From NCBI GenBank assembly GCA_051294375.1, contig CM119266.1, forward strand, positions 9,122,538 through 9,186,297: a stretch of DNA of 63,760 nucleotides. The letters run 5' to 3'. The DNA is from Paraspadella gotoi (lineage: Eukaryota > Animalia > Chaetognatha). Position numbers and translations under genes: made by a program. The notes under the pieces were generated by a model that was not told the origin of the DNA, made no database searches, and was given only the letters and a program-made list of their open reading frames with translations. This document shows, in pieces, positions 22,565 through 51,344 of the stretch; position 1 is the first letter of the stretch; every line of letters begins with the position of its first letter.

Positions 22565-25500
22565 ACAAAATGAATGAAGAAATAAATAAATAACATAATA
22601 AATAAATAACCAACAACAGCAAGACACGGACGCAGACGCCAGCGACGTCAAGGATTCGTCAAAAACGATCGTCCGAGCGCCGATCACTTTGAGACTCGCG
22701 GTGCCGGCCAATCAGTGCGGATCTCTGATCGGAAAGGGTAACGATCGAGTTGGAGTTGTTTTTGTTGTTGCTTGTTACGCTAAGTCAAGAATTCTGGCGC
22801 GAAGATTTAAAAGCGTAAAGAGAGAGAGAGAGAAAGAGAGAGAGAGGGGGGCGGGAGAGTACTTTTTCTTCCGTAGATTTTTCCTCCATTAACCTCTCGA
22901 TTCTATTCTTTGCCCCCCCCCTTCCGACCGCCAGGGGGATCGAAAATACGCGAAATCCGCGAGTTGACGGGGACTTCCATCCAAGTGGCCTCGGAGTCTC
23001 TACCCAACTCCACGGAGCGCGGCGTCACCATTTCGGGAATGATGAAGTCGCTCGTCCACTGCATGGCCACACTTTGCAAAATAATCCTGGAGGTGAGGAC
23101 TATATAGTATATACGTTCGTCTCTTTATTGAAAACTATGGATTTAATAAGATATGGATATGATGTTATTTATATTATTGATGAGAATAATTATAACAATA
23201 AAGATTATCAATTTAATCGTAACACTTTTGTATTACTATTATTATTATAAAAATTACATTTCTTGCTACACTGTTTTTTTTTAATTTTATAACAAAGGAA
23301 TGATGCATGAATGATGTGAGCAACGTTGTCTTATGGAAATATAAGATAAGTATTAGATTAATTTAGTCATTGATTGGTAAAATCAAAACATCCACAAGGA
23401 TTAACAGAAAGAAGTGTCATGAATATTGAAAAATCTGTCTAGATATTGATCACATTGTGTGAGTTCACGTTAAAGTTTAAAATTGCGTTTTCGGTTTCCC
23501 TCGCCGGTTCGACTCCTTCGTCAAATTAAAACCGTCGCTTTTTCCCTTTTTTTCTTTCTCTAAAGGCTCCTCGCTCTCTCTCTCTCACTCTCTCACTCTC
23601 TCTCTCGCTCCCCTCCAAATTTTTTTACCCCACAGAATCACCCCCCCCCTTTCATCCTCCTCGTTATATTCAAGCCCGTTTTTTCACCGAATCCCCTTCA
23701 ACCACTTTACGTATATCGTCACAACCGGTTTCCTATAACATCCTTATTTCTCACCTTTTTTCACCGGTCTTTTTTTTTTTTCAACTTTTCCCTCCTCCTC
23801 TTCCTCCTCCTCCTTCCACTTCCTCCGTATTTTTATTTTATTTTCAAATTTTCCCGCCGTCCTTTCCTGCCCGTCGAATCCTCCCGCTCCGATCCTTGAC
23901 CCCTCCAACTCCTCCTCCTCTTCCTCTACCTCCTCCAAGTCGCCCTCCAAAGGCCCCAACGTTCCGTACACCCCTCGCCCAGCCGGACACGGTCCGGTCG
24001 TTTACACGCCGGGCGTAGGTCCGAGCGGGCCCCCGCCAGCGCCGCCAGCGCCCGCCGCGCCGCACGTCATTCCAGGCGGCGTGCCGATCGGCTTGCCGAC
24101 GCCGCATCCGATTTTGACGCCGCACTTTAGCGCGAGTGGAGTCGCCGCCTTCCAGAACCACCACAACGCCGGTGATTAGTCATTACGTCAGGGAGGAGTA
24201 TTAGAATATTTTTTTTTTTCGATAAAATTTGTAGAACATCTACAAAAATTACTTATTCATTCAATATATCAGCTATCTTGTCCCGTACTTCGGACAGGCT
24301 TTGTTAAGGACTTCATCCCTCTTACAATATAATAACACTGCAGGACCCTTCAAGTTTTCAATCAAGACTCTTGCACTGTCCCGTTTATTAACTCCCAGGA
24401 GTACTTGACTTTCATTTTAATAATGTTAAATACTTTAAGAACATTTCCAGTTGTATAAAAGGACCATGTGCTTGAGTCTACTTACTTTAATGAAAGATAA
24501 TCAGTAATTTTTTTTCCATAATTTGTGTATATATTTTATAGTTAGACTGCGCCATTTTTTCAACTATCATTGCGTAGTTATAACTAGTAAATCTCTCAAT
24601 AACTCCAGATCATCACGTTTATCATTTTCTACAGCGATCCGAGCTATGCTACAGGAGCAGGCGCTGGCAGTGCAGCAGCACAATCTCTTGCTCGCCGCCG
24701 CTTCGCAGCAACGCAACGTTTCCTTCAGCGGACTGGGACCCTGGGTTCCGGTGCAAAATAATCCACAGACGGGTAACTTGAACTTAGTGATAATACTAAT
24801 AACAATAATGATGATGATGACGCTGTTAATGTCATCCGCAGCCGCCGTTCGGCCGTCGCTCAACGCCGGTCGACCTTACCTCCAAACCGCCGAGCAGCTG
24901 GAGGAAAGCGGCGACGCAGGAGTCGGCGGCGGCGGCGGCGTCGAAACCGACAAACGAAGCGTCGGGTCGCCGCCGGAGTCCGGCAACTCCCCGCCCATCG
25001 AGCCGACATCGGACGCCGCCTCGCCACCCGCGGCAGGGGCCTCGTCGACGCCCAATATTCCGTCCAACGCCGCTCTGGCGCCGACCAACGCCTACAAGAC
25101 GACCATCTCCAACGCGTTGATTGGCTGCATCATAGGAAAGGCAGGGAGCAAGATCAACGAGATCAGGTTAGAGATCATATCTCTCTCTCTTATTTACTTT
25201 AATGTTCCCCCTTAATTTATATGTCTTTCTTTATAAACCAAAGGCAACTCTCTGGCGCCACAGTTCGAATCTCAGATCCTGAAGAAGGAAAAGAAGAAAG
25301 AAAGATCCTTATTTCTGGGAATCACGATTCCGTCCTCGTCGCCCAGTTTCTCATTCACACGTGGTGAGTCGCTTTTGTCGGTATCAAAAATGAACAGAAG
25401 GCCAGCGCAAAGGGATTTTTAAAACTAACATACATACCAATTTCATATGAAAATTATGATGACATTTTTTGGGAAAAATTTATTTATTTGATATTAAACC

Positions 25501-26180
25501 ATCACAGCTATGTAATGACAGTAATTTTTTTAAATTTCATGTACGCAGCATCGAATTGCACGAAAAACAGCAGCTGGCCGCCGCAGCGACTGATCCGTCC
25601 AAACTCGCCGCTTTCGCCGCCGCGTCGGCGATACACCCGCAGGCGCCCGCCGCGGCCGTGGCGGCGGCGCTGGCCTCCGCTGCCCCGCATCGACACAGGA
25701 TGGCGCTTTTCGGGCCTTGCAACGAACTGGCCGCTCTTGTTAAAGGTAATAATAATTAATTAAAAAGCTTTTATCTTTATTTCAATGAGATACTTAAATA
25801 TCGTTGGTTGAAAGGTACGAAGATGCCCGTCCCATTCTTCAACGCGGGACTTCCTCTTACTCAGAATCCGGCGACCCTATTGGCATCGCCGTTGCAACAA
25901 GTACGGATCGAAAAATAAATAAATAGATTGACAAATAAATGAATAAATCGAGAAATATTCTACGTAAAAGTAGTAAAACTTCCTCCTCCTCCCCCAGTCT
26001 CTGAGCGGCTTAGCCACGGCTCCCGATCGAGACGTCCCCAAAGGGTCATCGAATCCGGCGTCACTTCCGATCGTTTCCGGCCAATTGGGACCGAATTTCC
26101 GGAAAGCCGTTCAGGCCAAAGTCAAGGGATCCGAAGTGGGAAATAAGAAGCAAGAGCGGACGAAATACGCTCCTTATTAG
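21163..26180 (+). CDS. PCBP: Poly(rC)-binding protein / hnRNP E / mub-like, three KH domains
   Basis: KH1 is TIRLIMQGKEVGSIIGK|KGENIKKFREESGAKINISDGSCP|ERIVT. KH2 is LAVPANQCGSLIGK|GGSKIREIRE, followed by SPSKGPNVPY. KH3 is ISNALIGCIIGKAGSKINEIR|QLSGA. Stop at 26178-26180. An in-frame upstream ATG at 21145 is also possible. Confidence 0.95.
22486..22564. repeat. (GAAA)n tetranucleotide microsatellite
   Basis: Direct reading; PCBP intron. Confidence 0.95.
24245..24415 (-). mobile_element. Diverged copy of the dispersed element (PCBP intron)
   Basis: AGCTATCTTGTCCC.TACTTCGGACAGGCTTTG...TTTTCAATCAAGACTCT matches 28624-28730. Confidence 0.8.
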
Positions 26181-26868
26181 GATGTTTTTGTTTTTTTTTA
26201 ATGTATTTAAACTTTGTAATCATTTTTTTACGTTTACTACAACTTTTAATTTTATGTTATAATGAAAAGCTTAACTTAGGCTTATTAGATTCAAATTTCT
26301 TTTGTATTTTTGTTTGGTTTTTTTTTTTTTTTTTTGCCTTATTTTATTCACGTAATTTGTTTATTATTAATAATAATAATAATAATATTAATAATAATAT
26401 TAAGAAAGTTTGTCGGAGACAAATTCGTGAGCCACCATCGCCCACTGGCGATATTCATAAAATCACCTCCAACAAGTTTTTTTTTTAATTTCTAAATGTA
26501 AAGAATAAGTAATTTTTTATACGATCGAGAATTGATTAGATTCGCGTTCGATTTGTTTTTGATAGATGTTATGCGACGACAATCGAAACAACTTCGTTCA
26601 CCCCACTTATTTTAATTAGATATGTTTACTGTGATGTAATGATTGTAAATCAGTTTTGGAGATACTTGGTAGACTAACGCTTTAAATTCTAAAAAAATAA
26701 GCTTAATTAAAGCAAAGTATAGCAGTATAAACAGTATTTTCAAACAATTTTAGCGAACAACCTACAGGTCCTACATTATTACCTTTACCGTTGAATCTCT
26801 GTCCATCCTATTTATTCTTAGTACCTCTTCCAGTGCATTAAAATTGTTTTTCTTTGTCGCACACATTA

Positions 26869-27217
26869 CAGTCCTGTGCAAAAAAAAGGGGACTTTTGAA
26901 AGAGGAAATCATATGTGTAACTTAAAAAAATGGGTCTTGTCACTCCAGAGCTACAGCACCTTAAATACAAGAGGTTAAAATTACTTGAATTTTCTTTTGC
27001 TCTAACATTCTGTTTAAGTTCTTAGTAGTAGTAACTGAGTAATTATTTTTAAAAAATCACTGCTTCATAACGGATAGCCATGGATTAACCAAATTTATAT
27101 CAATAGTTCCTTTTTCTAAAAATATTATTCACTTATAATATCTTTTATTTTAAAAGAATCTAACTTGATTTATTTTCATAATGTTTTTGGGTGTTCTCTT
27201 TTTTTTGTACAGGACTG
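26869..27217. mobile_element. Tc1/mariner-type MITE
   Basis: Imperfect terminal inverted repeats CAGTCCTGTGCAAAAAAAAGGGGAC and GTTCTCTTTTTTTTGTACAGGACTG, with TA on both sides and no coding capacity. Confidence 0.8.
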
Positions 27218-28410
27218 TATTTAACGTAGTATTTTCTTTGCATCCGCTTTTTGAAGACGTCGTTTGATTGATTGATTCGTTCTCGGCTGCATGACCGGCT
27301 TTTTTTGAAACTTGTTGTTTCCACTGTTTAAATACGAAACTCTTTCATCTCTACAATATTGTCACTGTTCTTCCACCAGCTACGTGCAGTGAAACCGATT
27401 CGTGCTGCTGTCTTCCCGGTTTCCGTCGATTCGAATTTAATCGCACACAAATTTAAATTAGAGCATGACTTCGATCTTGTTCGACTCTAGTCATTAGCAA
27501 CGTCCGTGCCAGGTCTATCGTGATTTTATTGTCGTTACAACTTTTACTCGGTAGATTAAATAGAATTGGAATATTAATTTTTTTTTCGCCATAAATTTAA
27601 TCCGTTTTTCCCCGACGGTTAACATAACAAGGACGGTGAATGTTTACCGCGAAAAGATATATGAGGTTAAAAAATTTGAAATTTCATTTTGATCTCATGA
27701 TTATTTTTCATGTCATTTGTATTTTTGGTCGAGAAAAATAAATACTTTAAAGTCAATACATTCAGTTTCATGCCAATAGCCATAAAAAAAATTCACAATC
27801 AAAAATATCACCAATCAAAAAAAAAAAATCTTTAATCGCAATTTATTGGTTGAACGTTGTTGAATATTGTTCAATGAACAATGCGACAGATGATGTGGAA
27901 CAATTTCAGTCAATTTCTGTTTCTTTGCAAAGAATTTCAATGTACAATTTCACATTGAAGTTATTTCATTCAATGAAAATATTAAATCGGAATTCCAATG
28001 AGAATTTCGTAAAGCATTGGACAAACCAGTTCAAAAAGTGCTCTTTCATAATTAGCCTTAAAAAAGGAATAAAAATAGGATTGATGCCAGGCGTAATCTT
28101 CATAAAAATCAATTATAGATACCCAAGTAATCTTTAAAGCATCTTTAAAGGCCGCTAATGAATGCAATGATACGGACTTAACAATACAATAACATAGCAA
28201 TATATAATAATTAATAATTTTTATTTTTAATAATTTTTATATTGGTTGTACCAATTTCATATAGATTTTTTTTTTGTTCTCGAATGAGACTTTTTGAAAC
28301 GAGAGCGAGAAAACCAGTTCATCAGAAAACGCTGTTTTATTAACGATTTCGGGATCAATGTCCATATCCATTGTCCATATCTATCCTCAATTCGTTATTT
28401 GTCCAAGGAA

Positions 28411-29689
28411 TTAAATCCTTTCAACTGGCAACCAAACGGAGAGATCGGTCGTGAGGCTTTTCTTTCCAGATCCGAATCGATCGAAGCTGCAAAGAAGAAA
28501 AAAAAGAACAAATGAAATTAAAAACAAAATGAAAGTTTTCAACCCTTGTCTACAAGTTGATAAGTACGAAGTATTATGAAATTGGTACAACCAATATAAA
28601 AATTATCCATTCATTTAATAAATAAGCTATCTTGTCCCTGACTTTGGACAGGCTTTGGTGGTTTAAGGCCTCCATCACACTTACAAGATAATAACATAGC
28701 AGGATTCTGCAAGCTTTCAATCAAGACTCTCTCACAGTCTTATTTATTCACTCCCAGTGAACCTGGCTTCCCTATCAATGAACTTAATGAACTTATAACT
28801 TTCTTGTCACCTTCATTCTCTCTCCTTCTTGCTCCCCCTCTTTTCTTCTTCCCCAAACTACGCGTCTCTTGAACGTTGGACGCCAAACTGGCGAAGAGCC
28901 GACTTCGGACGGCCGGAAACGGGGGCGCCATCTTTGAGGATTTTTTTTCGATTCTGCGCCATTTTCCGCGTTTCCTTGGTGAAACAATACTTAATATAAT
29001 ATAGTATTTAATACATTTTTACTAATCCCTTTCGGTTTTCTCTCTCTCTCTCTCTCTTTCTTTCATCCTCGCCCCAACCTAAAAAACAGCTCGGCGGTGT
29101 GCATGCAGCTCTTGTAGCTCTGCAAGTCGCGTCGCAAAGGGACGAACTTTTCGGGAAACGTGTCCAACAACACGGCGACTCGCGCGCGGGTCCAGGCTAC
29201 GCAAGGAAGTTTGGGGCGAATGCAGTAAAGAATATGACAAATATGAAGAATATAAATTATGTAATATGTAGCTCTCTACACAATGTAAAATAGGGTTAGA
29301 AAAAAAAGAGGGACTGTAGCCAGTCATGATATAAGTTATTAAATTAACAAAGTCTGTATAGATTCTGTAGATGAATACATGACTAGTCATTGACATGCTA
29401 GTCATTGACTTGACTGATTCATTACTTTTCCTTTTTAATTTTTGGCTACTCGATAAAGCAAAAAAGTAAAATCTCATTAGCTAAGTATGGAATAATATTA
29501 TTACTTTCTCGTAAGTGCTTTTCAACATCTAAACAAGTTTTTAAAAAATCTCGAAGTTTCTTTCACCGTACATCCTCCGAGGGAGCCGACGGCCTTATCG
29601 AGAGGGTGCTCCCCGCACTGCGTCGCCGAGTCGACTCCGCAGATCCACATCGCGGAGAGCACTGCGATCCATGGAAAGTGGCGCAGCAT
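28411..29689 (-). CDS. Small secreted protein, candidate neuropeptide precursor (~103 aa)
   Basis: Exons 29572-29689, 29079-29196 and 28411-28486 splice in phase to give MLRHFPWIAVLSAMWICGVDS-ATQCGEHPLDKAVGSLGGSWTRARVAVLLDTFPEKFVPLRRDLQSYKSCMHTAELFFSFDRFGSGKKSLTTDLSVWLPVERI. The first two exons use GC-ending codons, the N-terminus is hydrophobic and there is a GKK site. Confidence 0.55.
28575..28785 (-). mobile_element. Copy of the dispersed element (intron of the secreted-protein gene)
   Basis: Starts TATGAAATTGGTACAACCAATATAAAAATTATCCATTC; the hammerhead-like motif is on the minus strand at 28707-28737. Confidence 0.85.
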
Positions 29690-29753
29690 CGCCGGAGAGC
29701 TGAGAGCGTGGGGAAGACGAATCCTGATTACTATGACAACAACAGGGTCGCCT

Positions 29754-29782
29754 GTGATGCCCCTTTTTGATGGGGCATCACA
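29754..29782. other. Perfect 11-bp hairpin, probably a transposon sub-terminal palindrome
   Basis: TGTGATGCCCC-TTTTGAT-type loop-GGGGCATCACA, read directly. Confidence 0.5.
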
Positions 29783-31286
29783 CTGTTGTCCGACTCGGCT
29801 TATCTCGTACAGCTCTGAGATTGGCTCTGAGTTGGCACCGTGTCATTTTCCTATTACTTATATATTGTAGCAAAGGGGTAATTACTAAAACGTCATTTTA
29901 GTATTTTGATTGAAATAAATATGATCTAATTAAAGAAACAGAATAATTAAGGCCCACAATTCTATAAATACAGCCAAGCAATTCCTACAAGTTTGCCGTC
30001 CCGTCGAGTAGCTAAAACGGACGCCCGTGAATTACCTGATTACTTTTCTCACTCGCGACGCGGAGAGAATCTTTTGGCGAACGGACGTTGACGTGGCGCT
30101 TATATCAAGATTTCGATTTTGGGCGCATGTTCGAAAAGTGACCCGCATATGGATTCCACGCATGCGCCTATTTTGTGAGCGAGTTTTCTTTCGCAGGGAA
30201 TGTCCATCTTCGCTTTCCCGTTGCCTTTATATTCACGAAGTGAGGGGTGAGACGAGAGGCGTCAACGAGATTAAGACGCCTCGTCGAGGCCCTCGAGCGA
30301 CCTTCGAAGAGGATTTGGTCTTCGCTAATTTTTTAACGAGCGCTTGCTTTAGAAATCCCTCCCATGTTTTGGAACTTTTAATACACGTAGTAATTTGAGC
30401 ATTTATTAAATCCCGGCATGTCGACTACGCCGCCTTTCATGGCCAACTATCGATCGAGGTGTTCAAAGGACGGCGAGGAATGGTTAAAAAAATCTTTCTC
30501 CTCGTCGCTCTCAAAGATTCATGCCGAGTTTCTCCAGATTGATCTCATCCAACGTCGCCTACTTTCCCTCAAGACTCGCGGTGATAAAATACTTTTTAAT
30601 GTTTCCTCGTTGCATAACGTTACGTCCTTTAAATCCAATTTTTTAGAGCGAAAGCCTCTGGCCAATCCTATCAGGAATCGACGCTCCTGTTCTGCTCATT
30701 TTTTCATAGAACTTTCATTTCGATTACGTCGGCCTGCGTATATTAAGAAAAACTATGATAGCCATTAATTAAATTGTCTCTATTATCTCTAGAATCCTTA
30801 TTGAACCATGAAGTAGTAGCCTTTTGTTTCATTCGTTTTTCCAGCATTCAGAAAAAGCGCCACTTAACCCGTTGCTGACTTGTTTTCTCTTCCACTATCT
30901 ATAGATGTGTGGATCGTGCAGCGTAATTAGCCGATGACGCTCTATTTGGCAACGAAACTTTTTAAAAAAATTATTTTGAGCGTAAGTTTAAACTTTTTTA
31001 AAAAATTAAGTCATTTATGTCTTTATTTTATCAGTATTATTTATCAACGACAAACAAGAAAAAATAACAATACACCGCATGCGGGTAGTATCTTCAAATA
31101 CTGAATCCCTTCCTCCATCCGATTACCGCTATGATTCACAATGAAAATATATCCGCCCTCTCTCTCTCTTAACTATTTTTAGTTATTAGCATAAAAATAG
31201 TAAATCTTGTAAATACTGTATTTGAAGTCGCAAACAGAAAGAGAGGATAGTGAGAGAGCGCTATAGAGAGTGAGACAGAGCCGACT

Positions 31287-33215
31287 TCAAGAGAAGTACT
31301 CGTTGTGCCTAAAGGCGTCTCCTTCCAGATGCTTGTCGAGGTCGTCCTCGTCGGAGTTGAGCGCGAGCCATAGTCTGTCCTCGTCGCGACGACTCGTGTC
31401 CGCCAGGCGGATCCAATCCCGCAGCGAGTCTTCAAGGGAGCGGACTTCCCCCTCCACCTCCGCCGCCACCTCCTCCAGCTTCTCCATCTCGTATTGAGTC
31501 TCTTTCAAGCTGCGGTCAAGTTGTTGGCAAATCGTTCCTGGAGAAAAATAAATGGAAATAAATTCTTATCATATTAAGGCTTAATAATCTATATTTTCTA
31601 TTACTATTATTAAATACTATTATTAAACGTAGCCTTTATCAAGCATGCAACATATAGGTTTAAATAAAAAATTGTAAAAAATGTTATCTTTTAATAATCG
31701 TTATCACTAATCACTAATCAATACAAATTCAAATTATTAATTATAAAAATTATAAAACCTAATTTTAAGAATAGTATAGAACTCACCGGGCACGTGCTTG
31801 GTTCTCAACTGCTTGGAAATATCTCTAATCTCGTCCGTCTGCTTGGAGATCGTTTCGTGCAGAGCGATGACCCTCTGTACGGGCGTGGAGGGTGGCTCGG
31901 GCGCTTCCTCTCTCAGAGCGACGGCGGCGGGTGAAACCACGCGCACGAGCGGTTCCCCACCCGGTCCTCTGAGGTAAGGATTGCGCAGCGGCGAGGGTCC
32001 GTCTTGCAGCACCACACCAGCAGTCAACTTATTCCTCGTGTCTTCCAACTTCCGCCTCAACCCGTCATTTCGCGCCAATTCTTTGGCCGCCCGCTTCTCG
32101 GCAGCTGCGAGATCCCGCCTGAGCCTCAGCAGGGGATCTTCCTCTGCGTCGCCGCGACGCTGCAGCCGCTGCGCCTGCTGCGCCAGCGCCTCCGTCCTGC
32201 CGGCGTTGGCCATCGACCTGTCGAGCAGCGTCGTGAGATGGGCCTCGTAGTTTTCCTTGATCCGCTGCAGCAGCGGCCGCAGAGACGGGCAGGCGTCGGC
32301 GACGGCGTCGAAGGCTTCGGCGAAGACGCTGATTCGTCGGAAGCCGATCTTCCTGGCGCCGTCGGGATCCTCGGCCTCCAATGCCGCTAATCGGCGCTGC
32401 AATCGGCGCTCTATTCTCTCTGCCGACTCGGCGCCGGAGAGACGGCGTCGACTTCGCGCGACGTCGGCCTCGATCGGGCGGACGAGGAGACCCGACAAGG
32501 TCTTCATCTGGGCGTACTCTTCCTTTTTAGTGACGGCGCCAACGTGAGTGGAGACGAAGACGTGAGGACCAAGTGAAGCGACGCCGGGCGCCGCTGTAGA
32601 CGACGCCGCAGCGCCGAGATCCGGTCGAGACCCGGCGACGCATTCGATCGAAGCGGCGCCGAGTGTTCGCGACGTCGCCGCCGTCGACGCCGGAACCGCG
32701 ACGCTTTCCGGACGATCCGCCTCCTTCTTCGGCCGAGGAGGCTCGTCCAATCTCAGAATTTCCGGCAGCTTGGCGAATCTTTCCGGCAGCAGTCGCAGCG
32801 TCGCCGTATCCAGCGGCAGCATGAGTTCCGGCAGGCGGAGTTCCTCGGCGCAGACGGCGTCTCGATCCGGCGGGAGCGTCGACGAGGAAGGAGAGGCGCC
32901 GCTGGCGGAGTCGTAGGGCGGTGGCGTGTAAGAGCGGAGACCGAGCAGCTGGCGGAGGGCGTCGTCGGAAGGAAACGGCGGCGGCGAGAATGACGCCGCT
33001 GCGGGCGAGGAGCGGCCAAGCGGGACCCGCTTGGATAGGGGAACGTTACGCTTGGCAGCTGTTTTCCACGCCACGTGGTGATCCGGCTCTGGGTCTAGTC
33101 TTAGAAGGTTCTCAGAGTTCAAGTGACCGGTCAAGCAGACAGCGATGTCGTCTTTGTTGCCGAGGCGGGTCCGCTCCAGGATAGAGTGGAGGCTTCGTTT
33201 ACGCGGGGAACCCAT
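31287..33215 (-). CDS. C6orf118: C6orf118-like coiled-coil protein (TSNAXIP1 N-terminal-like domain)
   Basis: Exons 31787-33215 and 31287-31537 are phase-consistent. Motifs DIAVCLTGHLN, HVGAVTKKEEY and FAEAFDAV...LRPLLQRIKENYE recall the C6orf118 family. Confidence 0.75.
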
Positions 33216-33377
33216 CGCGATTCGTGATATTTTCGAGGAAAATTAATTTTAGTAGACGTTCTCTTTGCGCAAAATTAAATTCTTTAGATAGCTAGGTTTT
33301 TGTTTACATTAATCCTTTCTTCAAATAGGTCCTTTTCGGTATCAATAGACAATACTTTAGTTTAGGACCGCTTCATC

Positions 33378-33391
33378 GCTACTATAGCAAC
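33378..33391. promoter_or_regulatory. X-box-like RFX site upstream of the C6orf118-like gene, with a forkhead core TGTTTAC at 33301
   Basis: GTTGCTATAGTAGC on the minus strand, about 165 bp upstream of the ATG. Confidence 0.4.
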
Positions 33392-34237
33392 GTCTGCGGT
33401 GTCTTTTGTTTTCTTTCTCTACTATTCCTTATATATTCCGTTGAATCTGATAACGCAGTTGACTTTTTATGTTTTTGCATTCTGTCTCATTCAGTTTTAA
33501 TTATATTCAATTTGATTTAACTAATTTTTTCCCAAACAATTTTTTTTTAAGATTAATGTCTCCGGTCACGTGGATTCACATTTTTAATTTCAATCATCAA
33601 AATAACAAAAACAAGTGGAGCCATAATTATCATACATAAGAAATATGAAAAAGAAAACAATGAAATTAATAAGACTACTTGCGCAACAAAGAAGTACATC
33701 GATATTAATAATTTATTATCAAAGGCGAAATCGAAAAAAGTATGAGAAAGAATCTTTTTTTTTTTAAAGTATGAGAATGAAGAGGCTTGAAGAGCTTCCT
33801 AATAATCTTTCGTTCGATAGACAATAAGTAGCAAAGTAGCGATAACAACGAAAAAAAAAGTACAGTTATCATAACGATGAAAGTATGACAACGGAAATCC
33901 TACGTTTCCTTCTTTCATTTTTAATATTGATATTAGTTTCGAGATCAAAACCTAATTTATTACTTTCAACTAAATAGTAAAGAACTAATTTACCGTTAAA
34001 TACGAAATCGAACGATATTTATGAGATTCTAAAGACCTAAAAAGAAGTTCACGATATAATAATGAATGCCGCTATTCAGTTACGAGTTTTTCTTCTTTTT
34101 TTTTCTAGGTACTATAATTATAAACGCTCTTGACTAGATTAAACGTAGAAAACAAAGAAACGCGCGCAGTAAGGCCATCTATATTGGGGTCTTGTGGCCG
34201 AGTTTAAAATCGGCACCATTTTTCCCTCCATCGAATC

Positions 34238-51344
<17,107 letters not shown>

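Noticed and set aside
27230-27480. Minus-strand stretch faintly like a pogo transposase N-terminus
   Set aside because: It is short, needs frameshifts, and has no catalytic motif or TIRs of its own.
29079-29196. Cys-rich alternative frame (ESPCCWTRF...CDATC) suggesting an insulin- or toxin-like peptide
   Set aside because: The Cys spacing does not fit insulin chains, and the other frame has strongly GC-ending codons like the neighbouring genes.
31981-33184. Plus-strand ORFs overlapping the C6orf118-like exon
   Set aside because: They are antisense shadows of a GC-rich coding exon.
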